DNA from: an uncultured bacterium
Lineage (GTDB): Bacteria; Verrucomicrobiota; Kiritimatiellia; RFP12; UBA1067
Direction: 5' to 3'
Length of the DNA: 64,000 nucleotides
Assembly: GCA_902770045.1 (NCBI GenBank)
Contig: CACXRO010000008.1
Coordinates: 1,412 to 65,411 of the forward strand
Position 1 is the stretch's first letter. Every line of letters starts with the position of its first letter. Below are positions 18,679-26,750 of the stretch, piece by piece. A program made the translations under genes and the position numbers. The notes beneath the pieces were generated by a model. That model saw only the letters and a list, made by a program, of their open reading frames with translations, was not told where the DNA came from and ran no database searches.

Positions 18679-19827
18679 TCAGCACCAGCGCGAGACATCC
18701 GCGAAATTGACCGCCACGCCGTCGAACGTCCCGCCGGCATACACCACCCGCGGATCAACGGCGTTGGGCGACAACTTGAGGAACCTGGCAAGGCCATCCC
18801 CCATGCGCTGCGAATAGGTAGAAGAGCTCTTGATCTCCCGCGGACGAAGCTCCGCCCCGTCCTCCATCAGCAAATCGACTTCCGTCGTTCCCGACGAATT
18901 GCGGTAGAACCACAAGTCCGGTTCGCATCCCCGGTTCAGCCGGAACTTGACGGCCTCCATCACGACCATGTTCTCAAACAGGTTTCCGACCAGCGGATGC
19001 GTGAACAGCTGGTCCTTGTCCCTGATGCCGAGCAGATACGTGGCCAGCCCCGTCTCGGTGAAATATATCTTCTGGGCCTTAGTCTGGCGCTTCCCGAAAT
19101 TGCCGTGGTATGGCCGCAGCCGGTAGATTATGAACGAGGCTTCGAGCACGCTCAGCCATTTCATGACTGTCGGGGTGGAAATGCCGACGTCGCGCGCCAG
19201 CGAATCCTTGTTGAGCAGCTGCCCGACGCGACCCGCCAGCAGGCGCATGAACACCGTAAACGCGTCAAGGTCCTGAATATTGACGATTCGGCGGACATCC
19301 CGCTGCACGTACGTCTGGAAATAGTCGCGATAGAGCATTCCCGGTTCGATGGCGTCGTCGTACATGCGCGGCATGAACCCATGCCACATGAGGCCGTCCC
19401 GGTCGTCGACGGCGATGCCGCCTTCCTTCAGTTCCTCGATGCTCAGCGGCATAAGCGTGCATATTCCTGTGCGTCCGGCAAGAGACTCGCTTACCGCCGC
19501 CCCCAATTCCGGTTGATGCGAACCGGTCAGGACGAACTGCCCCTTGATGCGATTCGCGTCCACCATTTCCTGAATGTACGTAAGGAGCGAAGGGAAGCGC
19601 TGGATTTCATCTATCACCATGTTCGCACTTCCATTCATCAGGAATCTGCGGGGATCGGCCTTCGCCGCCGACAAAACATCCTCCGCCTCCAGATTGCGGT
19701 ATTGATGCGCGGGGAATTGCGCTTGGGCAAGCGTCGTCTTTCCGCTCTGCCGCGGACCCATTATGGTAACAACAGGGTAGCATTTCGCCACCTTGTCCAC
19801 ATATTCAGCAATCTTTCGCTTAATCAT
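18679..19827 (-). CDS. AAA+ ATPase, AAA_14 + DUF4143 architecture
   Basis: 382 aa. Walker A GPRQSGKTT, Walker B MVIDEIQ. The DUF4143-type C-terminal half includes FTVFMRLLAGRVGQLLNKDSLARDVGISTPTV. Visibly more A/T-rich than its neighbours. Confidence 0.8.
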   Translation of the reverse strand: MIKRKIAEYVDKVAKCYPVVTIMGPRQSGKTTLAQAQFPAHQYRNLEAEDVLSAAKADPRRFLMNGSANMVIDEIQRFPSLLTYIQEMVDANRIKGQFVLTGSHQPELGAAVSESLAGRTGICTLMPLSIEELKEGGIAVDDRDGLMWHGFMPRMYDDAIEPGMLYRDYFQTYVQRDVRRIVNIQDLDAFTVFMRLLAGRVGQLLNKDSLARDVGISTPTVMKWLSVLEASFIIYRLRPYHGNFGKRQTKAQKIYFTETGLATYLLGIRDKDQLFTHPLVGNLFENMVVMEAVKFRLNRGCEPDLWFYRNSSGTTEVDLLMEDGAELRPREIKSSSTYSQRMGDGLARFLKLSPNAVDPRVVYAGGTFDGVAVNFADVSRWC

Positions 19828-19840
19828 ATTGCCTAATATT

Positions 19841-19849
19841 ACTATAGCA
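19841..19849 (-). promoter_or_regulatory. extended -10 promoter (TGCTATAGT)
   Basis: The reverse complement of actatagca, 13 nt before the ATG at 19827, preceded by CCGCGGCAG-TTCTTT. Confidence 0.45.
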
Positions 19850-19876
19850 AAAGAACTGCCGCGGGGACAGTCCCCA

Positions 19877-21115
19877 TCATCTTTTTATGAGTTCCGGCAG
19901 GTTGACGGGCGGCATCTGCTCCAGCACCGAATGCGGCGGCCGTTGCATCTCAGCGCCCTTCTTCATCCGATCCGTGTCGGCGATCTTGAACCGGACGCTG
20001 ACCACCGACTGCTGGCGGGCATCGTCCCAGTACTTGACGTATGTGGTCGCCACGATCGTTCCGTCGGGCAGCAGATGAATGCCGGGATAGCCGCAGTCGC
20101 ATCCGGCATAGTTGTGCAGAAGCTTGATGCGGTAGGTATCGGCCTCGGCCTTCGACTTGATGGCGGCGTAAGGTCCTACCCACGCCACGAAGTGTCCGCG
20201 CGTGGGCGAGGCCGGCGCCATGTCGCGGAACGCGATCACGAGCCGTCCGTCCGGCAGGGTCACGCCCTGATGCCGGTCGCCGGTGAGCGCCCACGGCGTA
20301 TCCACCGCCGTGGACCAGGTCTTGCCCTCGTCCCGGCTGAACATCATCAAGCTGCATCCCTTGTGCGTGTTCTCGCGCATCAGGCAGCAGAGCTCATCGC
20401 CCGCCGGCGAACGGAACACGTAGGGTTCGCACGGGTTCTTGCCCTCCACGCGGCAGACGACCTGCGGTTCGCTCCAGGTGAAGCCACCATCGCGCGTCAC
20501 GCTCTGCAGAACCTCCAGCGGCGAACGGTCCCGCCCGCCCGGTCCACGATGGAACATCCCGAGATAGGAACCATCCTTCAGGCGAACAATCGACGAAAAG
20601 GTCATCACGCACCGGAACGCCGGACCGAGCGGCGGCATTTCCCGCCAGCTCCTGCCGTCGTCCTCGCTCATCACGGACGGCATGGGCGCGCCAAGCTCGC
20701 GGCGGTCGCTGTGGCTCTTGGCGTCCGGCGGCATCTTCACCTGGCTCCACACCCAAAGCCGCGCCTTGCCGTCCGGCCCCACGAGCCGGTAGATGCTCGG
20801 GCAGTTCGCGTTCCGCCCAAAGCCCGCCGGGAATCGGCCGTCGATGCGCATCCACGACTTTCCGCCGTCGCAGGATTCTGCGGCGGGACCGCACCAGCCG
20901 CCATGCGGCACGCACCACACCGCGATCAGCCGCTGATCGGGCAGCAGCACCGTGGTCGGATGGCCTTGATAGAGGTCCGGCCGACCTGCGGCGAGAAGGA
21001 CATCTTTCGACTTGTCGCCGGAAAGGTCCACGAGCGGGAACCCCGCCGCCGACCGAACACCCAGAACGGCGATGGCGAGGGCGAGCGCAAGCGCGGACTT
21101 GTCACGGTTGTTCAT
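19877..21115 (-). CDS. BNR-repeat sialidase-like glycoside hydrolase (secreted)
   Basis: 412 aa with a signal peptide ([18 protein letters not shown]). Four Asp-box motifs: [32 protein letters not shown]. Confidence 0.7.
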   Translation of the reverse strand: MNNRDKSALALALAIAVLGVRSAAGFPLVDLSGDKSKDVLLAAGRPDLYQGHPTTVLLPDQRLIAVWCVPHGGWCGPAAESCDGGKSWMRIDGRFPAGFGRNANCPSIYRLVGPDGKARLWVWSQVKMPPDAKSHSDRRELGAPMPSVMSEDDGRSWREMPPLGPAFRCVMTFSSIVRLKDGSYLGMFHRGPGGRDRSPLEVLQSVTRDGGFTWSEPQVVCRVEGKNPCEPYVFRSPAGDELCCLMRENTHKGCSLMMFSRDEGKTWSTAVDTPWALTGDRHQGVTLPDGRLVIAFRDMAPASPTRGHFVAWVGPYAAIKSKAEADTYRIKLLHNYAGCDCGYPGIHLLPDGTIVATTYVKYWDDARQQSVVSVRFKIADTDRMKKGAEMQRPPHSVLEQMPPVNLPELIKR

Positions 21116-21122
21116 CGCGTGA

Positions 21123-21131
21123 ATTATACCA
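21123..21131 (-). promoter_or_regulatory. extended -10 promoter (TGGTATAAT), leaderless configuration
   Basis: TATAAT ends 7 nt before the ATG at 21115 (TATAAT-TCACGCG-ATG). Confidence 0.55.
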
Positions 21132-21151
21132 TTTTTGCCGCGCTCTGTGTT

Positions 21152-21169
21152 GGAGAAGCGAACTTCTCC
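21152..21169 (-). terminator. hairpin downstream of tRNA-Val (GGAGAAG-UUCG-CUUCUCC)
   Basis: Perfect 7-bp stem with a UUCG tetraloop on the minus strand. There is no U-tract, so terminator function is uncertain. Confidence 0.3.
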
Positions 21170-21186
21170 CTTTCGGTATCTTGGAT

Positions 21187-21263
21187 TGGTGGACGATGAG
21201 GGACTCGAACCCCCGACCTTGACCGTGTAAAGGTCCTGCTCTAACCAACTGAGCTAATCGTCC
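21187..21263 (-). tRNA. tRNA-Val (anticodon TAC)
   Basis: The reverse complement reads GGACGAT-TA-GCTC-AGTTGGTTA-GAGC-A-GGACC-TTTACAC-GGTCA-AGGTC-GGGGG-TTCGAGT-CCCTC-ATCGTCC-A-CCA. It has a 7-bp acceptor stem, D and T arms, U33, anticodon TAC, A37 and an encoded CCA. Confidence 0.9.
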
Positions 21264-21277
21264 GTGAAGGTGTGCGT

Positions 21278-21286
21278 ATTATACCA
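21278..21286 (-). promoter_or_regulatory. extended -10 promoter (TGGTATAAT) for tRNA-Val
   Basis: TTTTTT-TGGTATAAT lies 14 nt upstream of the mature tRNA 5' end. Confidence 0.55.
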
Positions 21287-21310
21287 AAAAAATCTTGCCC
21301 ACCCCTCTTG

Positions 21311-21326
21311 ATTAGCCGAGGCTAAT
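21311..21326. promoter_or_regulatory. perfect palindrome ATTAGCC-GA-GGCTAAT (operator candidate, box 1)
   Basis: Seen directly. It abuts the feoA extended -10 on the upstream side. Confidence 0.4.
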
Positions 21327-21328
21327 TA

Positions 21329-21337
21329 TGGTATACT
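21329..21337 (+). promoter_or_regulatory. extended -10 promoter (TGGTATACT) for feoAB
   Basis: TTA-TGGTATACT lies 66 nt upstream of the feoA ATG. SD AAAAGGGAGAAAGG. Confidence 0.5.
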
Positions 21338-21345
21338 ACGCACAA

Positions 21346-21361
21346 GTTAGCCGGGACTAAC
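21346..21361. promoter_or_regulatory. imperfect palindrome GTTAGCC-GG-GACTAAC (operator candidate, box 2)
   Basis: Same half-site as box 1, placed over the predicted transcription start of feoAB. Confidence 0.35.
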
Positions 21362-21402
21362 GGGTTCTGCCCCGGCGAAAGAAAAGGGAGAAAGGCCGAA
21401 AA

Positions 21403-21621
21403 ATGACATTGGCAACACTAAAGGAAGGCGAGCGCGCGCGGCTGGTCCACGTGTCCGGCGATGACGCCCTGAAACACCACCTGGGTGCGCTCGGATTCGT
21501 GGCGGGGACGGTCGTGAGGGTCGTTGGCGCGTCCTACGGCAACATGATTCTCGCCGTCCACGAGAGCCGCATCGCCGTCAACGAGGCTACGGCGAGGAAA
21601 ATCGAAATCGAGGCCGTCTGA
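21403..21621 (+). CDS. feoA: ferrous iron transport protein A
   Basis: 72 aa, FeoA/SH3-like sequence LATLKEGERARLVHVSGDDALKHHLGALGFVAGTVVRVV, directly upstream of feoB. Confidence 0.85.
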   Translation: MTLATLKEGERARLVHVSGDDALKHHLGALGFVAGTVVRVVGASYGNMILAVHESRIAVNEATARKIEIEAV

Positions 21622-21653
21622 CCGGTCATATTTTTTTGCAAAGGAGATTAGAC

Positions 21654-24080
21654 ATGGCTAACAGCGTGAAAATCGCCCTCGCGGGCAATCCCAACAGCGG
21701 CAAGACGACGCTCTTCAACGCGCTTACCGGGGCGGAGCAGTATGTCGGCAACTGGCCCGGCGTGACCGTCGAAAAGAAGGACGGCATCCTCGCCGGACAC
21801 AAGGAAGTGGTAATCCAGGACCTGCCCGGCATCTACTCGCTCTCCCCCTACTCGGCCGAGGAGAAGGTGTCGCGGCAGTTCCTCGTGGAAGAGGGCCCGG
21901 ACGCGATCCTCAACATCGTGGACGGCACCAACATCGAACGCAACCTGTACCTCTCGACGCAGCTCGCCGAGCTGGGACTCCCGATGGTGATGGCCGTCAA
22001 CATGATGGACGTAGTGAGGAAGAACGGCGACAAGATCGACTTCGAGAAGATCGCCAAGGCGCTGCGTTGCGAAGTCGTCGGCATCTCGGCGCTGAAGAAC
22101 GAGGGCGGGCAGAAGGCCGCCGAACAGGCGGTGGCGATGGCGAAGAAGGCCGTGGTCGACAAGGGCCCCGGCAAGCTCCCCGACGTTCCGCACGTGTTCA
22201 CGGGCTCGGTCGAGCACGCCATCGCCCACATCGAGGAGTCGATCCAGGGAAAGGTGCCGATCCGCTCGATTCGCTGGTACGCGATCAAGGTCTTCGAGCG
22301 CGACCGCGAAATCATCAGCCGCCTGGGGCTCGGCGTCGGCGAGATGAAGCATATCGAGGAGCACATCCGCGACTGCGAGAAGGAGCTCGGCGACGACGCG
22401 GAGTCGATCATCACCAACCAGCGCTACGACTTCATCAAGCGCCTCATGGACAATTCGCTCGCGCTGAACGAGAAGCGCAAGGGCAAGGCGACGCTCTCCG
22501 ACCGGATCGACAAGGTCGTCACCCACCGCATCTGGGCGATTCCGATCTTCATTCTCTCGCTCTGCGCCATGTGGTGGCTCGCCGTGGCCGAGAACGGCCC
22601 GGGGACGCTGCTCACCGACTGGGCGAACGACGGCTTCCTCGCGGACGGATGGCATCTCCCCTTCACCACCCACGAGTGCCGGGAGGACGGCAGGTACAAG
22701 GGCATGGAGTTCGAGGACGCGCAGGAGGAATTCGCCAAGGCCGAGGCAACGGTCGCAGCCTGGGAAGCGGGCGAGAAGAAGGCGTCCATCGAGGACGAGG
22801 AGACCGGCGAGGCATCCGATGAATGGGACGTCGACGAGGCGGCCTACAACGCCGCGAAAGACGCCGAGGAGCCGGATCCGTCGCAGTTCGGCGTGTGGGT
22901 GCCCGGCATCGGAGCGCTCATCACCGGCGCGCTGGAACGCTCCGGCGTCGGCGACACGGTGAAGAGCCTCGTCGTGGACGGCGCATGGGGCGGCGTCGCG
23001 ACGGTACTCGGGTTCGTGCCGGTCATCTTCATCGTGTTCCTCTTCCTCGCGTTCCTCGAGGACTGCGGCTACATGGCGCGGGTTGCGTTCATCATGGACC
23101 GCATCTTCCGCAGGTTCGGGCTCTCCGGCAAGTCGTTCATCCCGATCCTCATCGGCAAGGGCTGCGGCGTCCCCGCGGTCATGGCCACGCGCACGATCGA
23201 GAACGAGCGCGCGCGCAGGATGACGACCATCCTCGCCACGTTCATCCCCTGCGGCGCGAAGACGGTGATCATCGCCATGTTCGCGGCGTTGTTCTTCCGC
23301 GAGCAGTGGTATGTTGCCGCGCTCATGGACGTAGTCGGCATCGCGATCATCATCCTCGGCGGCGTCGCGCTGAAGAAGACGCGGCTGTTCAAGGACGAGG
23401 CCGCGTCGTTCGTGCTGGAGCTCCCGGCCTACCATCCGCCGACGGTCTCGGGCGTCTGGCACCACACCTGGAACCGGCTCAAGGGCTACATCCTCAAGGC
23501 AGGGCTCATCATCTTCCCCGCGTGCGTTTTCCTGTGGTTCGTGATGCACTTCGACTGGTCGCTCAACCTGCTGGCGGACGAGGAGATCGAAAAATCCATC
23601 CTCCACGACCTCGGCAGCTGGATAGCGTGGTTCTTCGAGCCGCTCGGCTTCGGCTCGTGGCAGGGCGCCGCGGCATCCGTCTCCGCGGAGATTGCCAAGG
23701 AGCAGGCGACCGCGACCCTGGGGCTCGTCGCGGCGAACATGGACGGCGCGACCACCGGCTCGCACATCCAGGCGCTGTTCGGCACGATGAGCGACTTCCC
23801 GAAGCTCGCGGCGCTCTCCTTCATGGTGTTCAACCTCTTCGTGCCGCCGTGCATGGTGGCGATCGCGGTGACGTTCCGCGAGATGGGCTCCCAGAAGTGG
23901 GGCTGGTTCGCGGTCGGTTTCCAGCTCTTCGTCGGGTATGCCCTGGCGCTCAGCGTCTACCGCATAGGCGTGCTCATCGCCGGCGGCGGCTTCGGAATCT
24001 GGACCGCACTCGCGATCGCCGTCGACCTCTTCTGCCTCTGGATGATCGTCCGCCCGGCGCGGAAGGAGGCGGCGAAATGA
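21654..24080 (+). CDS. feoB: ferrous iron transporter B
   Basis: G-domain GNPNSGKTTLFNALTG and DLPGIYSL followed by a polytopic membrane domain. SD AAGGAG lies 7 nt before the ATG at 21654; the track start at 21636 is an upstream TTG. Confidence 0.9.
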   Translation: MANSVKIALAGNPNSGKTTLFNALTGAEQYVGNWPGVTVEKKDGILAGHKEVVIQDLPGIYSLSPYSAEEKVSRQFLVEEGPDAILNIVDGTNIERNLYLSTQLAELGLPMVMAVNMMDVVRKNGDKIDFEKIAKALRCEVVGISALKNEGGQKAAEQAVAMAKKAVVDKGPGKLPDVPHVFTGSVEHAIAHIEESIQGKVPIRSIRWYAIKVFERDREIISRLGLGVGEMKHIEEHIRDCEKELGDDAESIITNQRYDFIKRLMDNSLALNEKRKGKATLSDRIDKVVTHRIWAIPIFILSLCAMWWLAVAENGPGTLLTDWANDGFLADGWHLPFTTHECREDGRYKGMEFEDAQEEFAKAEATVAAWEAGEKKASIEDEETGEASDEWDVDEAAYNAAKDAEEPDPSQFGVWVPGIGALITGALERSGVGDTVKSLVVDGAWGGVATVLGFVPVIFIVFLFLAFLEDCGYMARVAFIMDRIFRRFGLSGKSFIPILIGKGCGVPAVMATRTIENERARRMTTILATFIPCGAKTVIIAMFAALFFREQWYVAALMDVVGIAIIILGGVALKKTRLFKDEAASFVLELPAYHPPTVSGVWHHTWNRLKGYILKAGLIIFPACVFLWFVMHFDWSLNLLADEEIEKSILHDLGSWIAWFFEPLGFGSWQGAAASVSAEIAKEQATATLGLVAANMDGATTGSHIQALFGTMSDFPKLAALSFMVFNLFVPPCMVAIAVTFREMGSQKWGWFAVGFQLFVGYALALSVYRIGVLIAGGGFGIWTALAIAVDLFCLWMIVRPARKEAAK

Positions 24081-24265
24081 ACACCGCGTCCGCCATTGTC
24101 CTCGTCGCGGTCGTCGCGCTTGCCGCGCTCGCCGTCTGGCGCGTCATGAAGAAAGGTGCGCCGTGCGAGTGCGGCGGCACGCACAAGTCGTGCGGATGCG
24201 GCTGCGGCTGCTGCGGCGGCGCGGAGGGACGCGACCATGCCGCGCCCAAGGCGGTGCAGGACTGA
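24077..24265 (+). CDS. FeoB-associated Cys-rich membrane peptide
   Basis: MNTASAIVLVAVVALAALAVWRVMKKGAPCECGGTHKSCGCGCGCCGG..., i.e. one TM helix plus a Cys cluster. ATGA overlap with the feoB stop. It is hidden at the end of the spurious ORF 22823..24265. Confidence 0.65.
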   Translation: MNTASAIVLVAVVALAALAVWRVMKKGAPCECGGTHKSCGCGCGCCGGAEGRDHAAPKAVQD

Positions 24266-24315
24266 TTTACAGGCTCTTTGAAGTTTTTAGTGGAAAATGC
24301 TATCAGATCGTATTA

Positions 24316-24635
24316 GTTTAAAACTCCGATGGTTGGGACTCCCGCTACCGCTCCGTAGCTCCGCATCTCGCAACCCCGATTCAGGTCTACGGTGGTTTTT
24401 GTCAGCCGCAAAGAACGCAAAGGACGCAAAGGTTTTTTATCTGGGGGCAAGCCCCCAGACCCCCGAACAAGCCCCCACCCTGCGGCGAAGCCGCAGATAT
24501 AAAACATGGCAAGCACGGCCGTGGAGGACGAATGGCATGCGCGAAGCAAAGCACATTCTGCGGAGCGGGACAGCCGAGCGAAGCGAGACAGCCGAAGGCC
24601 GCGAGAGCCCCACGGATCGGAGTTTCATACACTAT
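24316..24635 (-). repeat. structured inverted-repeat element, copy 1 (MITE-like / candidate ncRNA)
   Basis: Termini: GTTTAAAACTCCGATGGTTGGGACTCCCGCTACCGCTCC ... GAGAGCCCCACGGATCGGAGTTTCATACACTA. Internal hairpins CTGGGGGC-AA-GCCCCCAG and CTGCGGC-GAA-GCCGCAG. Homologous in inverse orientation to 53483-53733. Confidence 0.75.
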
Positions 24636-24678
24636 GCTGTCGGCACTTCCACTAACATTCTTTGAAGAACCAATTTCC

Positions 24679-24687
24679 AACATACCA
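24679..24687 (-). promoter_or_regulatory. extended -10-like element (TGGTATGTT) reading into repeat copy 1
   Basis: The reverse complement of aacatacca, 43 nt from the TAGTGTATGAAACTCC end of the element. The geometry matches copy 2. Confidence 0.35.
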
Positions 24688-24716
24688 CAACAAACAAGGA
24701 AAGGCAAAACCAAACA

Positions 24717-25670
24717 ATGAAAACCAAGACCATCATGCTGGCGCTTGCGGCGGCCGTCTGCGGCGCCGCGTTCGCAGACGAGGAAACGACCGAGGAAAAG
24801 GCCGAAGGCTGGTCGTACACGCCCGGCGATGGCGTTTCGTTCAACGAGACTCCGATCGTCTCGGCCGAAGCATCGCTCTCGTTCGACTCGAAGTACCTCA
24901 GCTACGGCTTCGTTGACAACAAGGCGCCGATCCTGACGCCCGCCGGCGAGATCACCTTCTTCGACTGGCTGACGTTCGGAGTGAGCGCAATCTTCGACCT
25001 CACGAAGTACGGCAACCACGCCGGCTATACCAGCCGCCAGTTCAAGTACACCGAGCTGCACCCCACGGTCACCCTCGGCCACTCCTTCTCGCCGGAGGAC
25101 TTCGAGTGGCTTCCCACCACCGTCGAATTCGCCCTCGGCTACGACTACGAGTTCCACCCGAACTCCAAGAACAAGGGCGGCCTCAACGAATACGAAAACG
25201 GCTGGGACACCTCCATCGCCGAGGACACGCAGTTCATCACGCTGGAGCTGGGCCTGCCCGACCTCTGGCTGGAGCCCACGTTCCTCTACGAGCGCGACAT
25301 CATGCGCGACGACGGCACCTACCTCAACCTCGAGATCGGCCACACCTTCAACCTGCTGGGCGAGGAGGACGACACCCTGACGCTGCGTCCGTCGATCGCC
25401 CAGGGCTTCGGCAACGGGCAGCGCGTGAAGGCATACGCCACGAAGAAGGACGGCGAACCGCTAAACCACGCCGGCCTCATGGACACCATGATCAAGCTCG
25501 AGCTCGGCTGGAAGGTCTGCGACAACGTCTCGCTCAGCGGCTATGTGGGATACTCCGACTTCCTGTTCGACCGCAAGATCCGCGACGCCTCCCGCGACTA
25601 CGAGGCGACCGGCTCGTGGGACGACAGCTGGAACGTCGTCGCCGGACTGGCCCTGACGATCTCGCTCTGA
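24717..25670 (+). CDS. putative outer-membrane beta-barrel protein
   Basis: 317 aa. Signal peptide MKTKTIMLALAAAVCGAAFA, alternating amphipathic strands rich in Y/G/D. SD AAGGAAAGG. Confidence 0.45.
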   Translation: MKTKTIMLALAAAVCGAAFADEETTEEKAEGWSYTPGDGVSFNETPIVSAEASLSFDSKYLSYGFVDNKAPILTPAGEITFFDWLTFGVSAIFDLTKYGNHAGYTSRQFKYTELHPTVTLGHSFSPEDFEWLPTTVEFALGYDYEFHPNSKNKGGLNEYENGWDTSIAEDTQFITLELGLPDLWLEPTFLYERDIMRDDGTYLNLEIGHTFNLLGEEDDTLTLRPSIAQGFGNGQRVKAYATKKDGEPLNHAGLMDTMIKLELGWKVCDNVSLSGYVGYSDFLFDRKIRDASRDYEATGSWDDSWNVVAGLALTISL

Positions 25671-25696
25671 CACTTGCATAAACCCGACGTCTGCAG

Positions 25697-25722
25697 AAAG
25701 GGACCGCTTCCGCGGTCCCTTT
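25697..25722. terminator. bidirectional terminator hairpin between convergent genes
   Basis: AAAGGGACCGC-TTCC-GCGGTCCCTTT, a perfect 11-bp stem with A/T runs on both flanks. Confidence 0.7.
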
Positions 25723-25726
25723 CCTT

Positions 25727-26656
25727 TCATGACGCAGGCTGCGTCGGCTCAACATGGACGACCACGTCCTCAACGTCAAGACCGGCGCCAACGACCGCCC
25801 TCTTCACCGCATGGCCGATGTCATGCCCCTCGGCAACCGACAGCGAGCCGTCCACCTGGATGTGGATGTCGGCCTGGAACATCGACCCGTACCGGCGCGC
25901 CCGCGCCTTGTGGACGCTCCTGACGCCCGGCACCGCCGCGGCCGCCGCGGCGACGGCGGCGGCCTTGTCCTCGATCTGGGCGTCGGTCATCACCTGCAGC
26001 GCCGGACGGGCGAGCTTCCACGCGACATGGGCCACGAACGCGCTCACCACCAGCGCACCGGCGGCGTCGGCCCACCACAGCGACGGAAAGAACCACGCCA
26101 CCGCGATCGCCGCCACCACGGGCACGGAGCTCAGCGCATCCGACCGGTGGTGCCACGCGTTCGCCTCCAGCGCGGTTGACTTCGCCCGCCGCGCGGCCGC
26201 GCGGGTAACGACGAACAGCCCCTCCTTGAGAACAATGCTCGCCACCGCGACCGAGAGCGCGAACGCGCCAGGCGAGGAGTCCCCGCCGCCGCGCATCAGC
26301 GACACTACCGAGTTGCGCGCAAGTTCCCATGCGGCGAAGGCGAGCGCGACCGAGATGAAGAGGGTGACGAGCGCCTCGATCTTGCCGTGGCCGTAGGGGT
26401 GGTCCTCGTCCGCCGGCGCCACCCAGTACCGGACGCTGAAGACGAGCGCAAGGTCCGTGACCAGGTCCGACGCAGAATGGACCGCGTCGGCGACAAGTGC
26501 CTGCGAAGAGAACATGAAGCCGGCCACCGCCTTCGCCGCCGCGATCGCAACGTTCACCGCGATGCCGAGGAAGGTTACCCTCCTGACCAGCCGGACCCGC
26601 TCCTCCGCCGCAGGCACGCCGGAGGCCGCCCCAGGCATCTGTGCACTCGTCTTCAT
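25727..26656 (-). CDS. cation diffusion facilitator (CDF) family metal efflux transporter
   Basis: 309 aa. Motifs ALVADAVHSASDLVTD, DEDHPYGHGKIEAL and HHRSDALSS, plus a C-terminal cytoplasmic domain. Confidence 0.85.
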   Translation of the reverse strand: MKTSAQMPGAASGVPAAEERVRLVRRVTFLGIAVNVAIAAAKAVAGFMFSSQALVADAVHSASDLVTDLALVFSVRYWVAPADEDHPYGHGKIEALVTLFISVALAFAAWELARNSVVSLMRGGGDSSPGAFALSVAVASIVLKEGLFVVTRAAARRAKSTALEANAWHHRSDALSSVPVVAAIAVAWFFPSLWWADAAGALVVSAFVAHVAWKLARPALQVMTDAQIEDKAAAVAAAAAAVPGVRSVHKARARRYGSMFQADIHIQVDGSLSVAEGHDIGHAVKRAVVGAGLDVEDVVVHVEPTQPAS

Positions 26657-26663
26657 GGCGAGT

Positions 26664-26672
26664 ATTATACCA
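26664..26672 (-). promoter_or_regulatory. extended -10 promoter (TGGTATAAT), leaderless configuration
   Basis: TATAAT-ACTCGCC-ATG, a 7-nt spacer to the ATG at 26656. The palindrome CCTAA-N9-TTAGG at 26677-26695 lies just upstream. Confidence 0.55.
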
Positions 26673-26750
26673 TAAACCTAAACCGCGCGCTTAGGTCAAG
26701 TCACCCGCCCGCGCGGACGCCAGCACAGCCCCCGTTGTGTTAAACCCGTG

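Noticed and set aside
21311-21361. Calling the feoAB palindromes a Fur box or a DtxR/IdeR box
   Set aside because: They match neither consensus. The Fur 19-mer is AT-rich GATAAT repeats, and the DtxR half-sites are separated by 1 nt, not 6. I kept them only as operators for an unidentified regulator.
21648-23765. 705-aa minus-strand ORF opposite feoB and the 480-aa ORF 22823..24265
   Set aside because: These are antisense and alternate frames of a textbook feoB. Only the last 62 codons of 22823..24265 are real (the Cys-rich peptide).
24316-24635. Identification of the structured repeat as 6S RNA, RNase P RNA, tmRNA, a group II intron fragment or a retron msr/msd
   Set aside because: It has none of the conserved signatures I know: no GAGGAAAGUCC P4 region, no tRNA-like GGUUCGA...CCA end, no domain V, and no adjacent reverse transcriptase. 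It is also present in two copies. A 6S-like long hairpin remains formally possible, but the size (250-320 nt) and copy number argue against it.
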